Made by a program: the position numbers and the translations under genes. The notes beneath the pieces are model-generated. The model searched no databases. It saw nothing but the letters and a program-made list of their open reading frames with translations, and was not told the origin of the DNA. 64,000 nt of DNA from Sphyrna mokarran (taxonomy: Eukaryota), in NCBI GenBank assembly GCA_024679065.1, contig JAGIQG010000008.1:83204001-83268000 (forward strand), written 5' to 3'. Shown piece by piece: positions 62,722 through 64,000 of the stretch. Each line of letters opens with the position of its first letter. Position 1 is the stretch's first letter.

Positions 62722-64000
62722 ACTCGAGGCCTTCTATAACCAGAGGGCACCACTGAGGTGTAAATACTTCGTCAGTCCCCAAAATGACATTTTCATTTAA
62801 TGTGGCAAGGTTCCTCTAAATTTTCTTCTTTATCACAGTGCCCTTTAAAAAGTTGTCAATTTGTTTAAATTAGTTAATTTGATTAAATGTTTTGGTTCAT
62901 AAGCACTTAAAAGAGCATAGAGACATATGCCCTTTAAGGGGCTGTCACTTTAATTTGTTTATATTTTTTGTCCTTTCAATCTCATTAATCAAAAGTGACT
63001 AAAGAGACTCACGCCACCTTGGAAAGCCCATGTTTCATGCCTATATCGAGAGCACAAGGTTACAGCTCTTTTTTGATTCTTTTGAAGAGGCTACTCACGA
63101 TGTTTTGGCTGCACTTTAGCCTCATTCTCCTATTTTTGAGAATATGGGTAGTACAGAAGTGGGTAGTACAAATGATTTCCTTATTAGCCTTCTCCTAGGC
63201 TTGGCCAAAATGGCTATCAACAGGTCTAGCAGTTGGAGGGGTTCATCTGGACTGATTTTCAGCCCCTCTTCCATGGCCATGCTTATGCCAGGTGTCACTG
63301 AAGAGGAGCATCAGAGTCCACTGCCGTATCTGAGGCCTTCTGTGATCAATGGAGGCTGGAGTATTTCATTGGTCCCAAAACAATATTTTGGTTTAGTAAG
63401 TTTTCTTTAAATCTTCATCCTTCTGTTGCAGTGCCTCTTTAAAGGGACTATTCCTTTGTTTAAATTGTTAATTTAGCCATTTGTTTAATTCAAAAACATA
63501 TAAAGAGAGAGCTGCAGCCTCGAGGAGTCCATGTTCCATCTCACTGTGGAACATGAGAGTTTATCATCCCTTTTAAACTATTTGAGGAGCTGCTACTGAA
63601 GTTTTAGCTGCAATTCAACCCCATGATCCTGATCTTTGGCTAGCCTATATGGAGCAGGGCCGGCAGGGAGGCGAAACTTGTTAGCCTGGGCCTGAGCAAA
63701 ATAGCCATTAACAGAGTCTGGCAGTGCGCAGCTGAGCAGCTTGCTGGCCTGACTGTGCACCTTTTTTGTGGCTACATTCACACCCTGCTGTCCCTGGAGA
63801 GGAAGAACATGGTGTCCACTGGCATGCTTGAAGCCTTCAGCAACCAGTGGGCACCATGAGAGTTGGAATGCATCATTAGCTTTTAAAACAAGATTTCTAA
63901 TTAGATAGTGTTCCTTTGAAGTTGTTGTTTCTGTCACAGTCTCTTTAAGGATGGTCAATTTGTTTAATTTTATTGTTTAATTGGTCAACAATATTATTTT
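62722..64000 (+). mobile_element. Tandem stack of Tx1 (L1-clade) retrotransposon 3' fragments, with an inverted ORF1-like piece (about 63595-63890, -)
   Basis: LEAFYNQRAP..SPQNDIFI* (62722); FWLHFSL, LLLGLAKMAINRS (63100-63230); CSLEESMFH (63513). 3' UTR motif gtgccctttaa..tgtca..ttgttta at about 62838, 62928, 63431 and 63938. Minus strand PAPYRLAKDQDHGV resembles the Tx1 ORF1 N-terminus. Confidence 0.75.

Overview
AT-rich, CpG-poor, intron- or gene-desert-like vertebrate DNA. The repeat content points to a cartilaginous fish, probably a carcharhiniform shark (inference). It includes HE1/V-SINEs, SacSINE1-like DeuSINEs, many CR1 and L2-like LINE fragments, Penelope-like elements, Rex/Babar and Tx1 LINEs, Gypsy LTR relics and Harbinger-like DNA elements. 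I could not recognise any intact host protein-coding exon, RNA gene or CRISPR array; the ORF track is essentially chance ORFs and decayed transposon frames. The most interesting structures are: (1) an EN-RT LINE family that follows a tRNA-derived, SINE-like head with no visible ORF1, in two independent copies; (2) a head-to-tail stack of at least four Tx1 3' ends at the right edge; (3) a Harbinger-like element with a copy-specific G-rich 40-bp minisatellite; (4) decayed minimal hammerhead ribozymes in Penelope-like termini; (5) a bipartite Rex/Babar mini-element; (6) a local inverted duplication of a Gypsy integrase segment; (7) a candidate stop-containing cassette exon with RBFOX motifs. Family names come from motif recognition by eye, not database searches. 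Boundaries are approximate unless a TSD, TIR or splice site is quoted.
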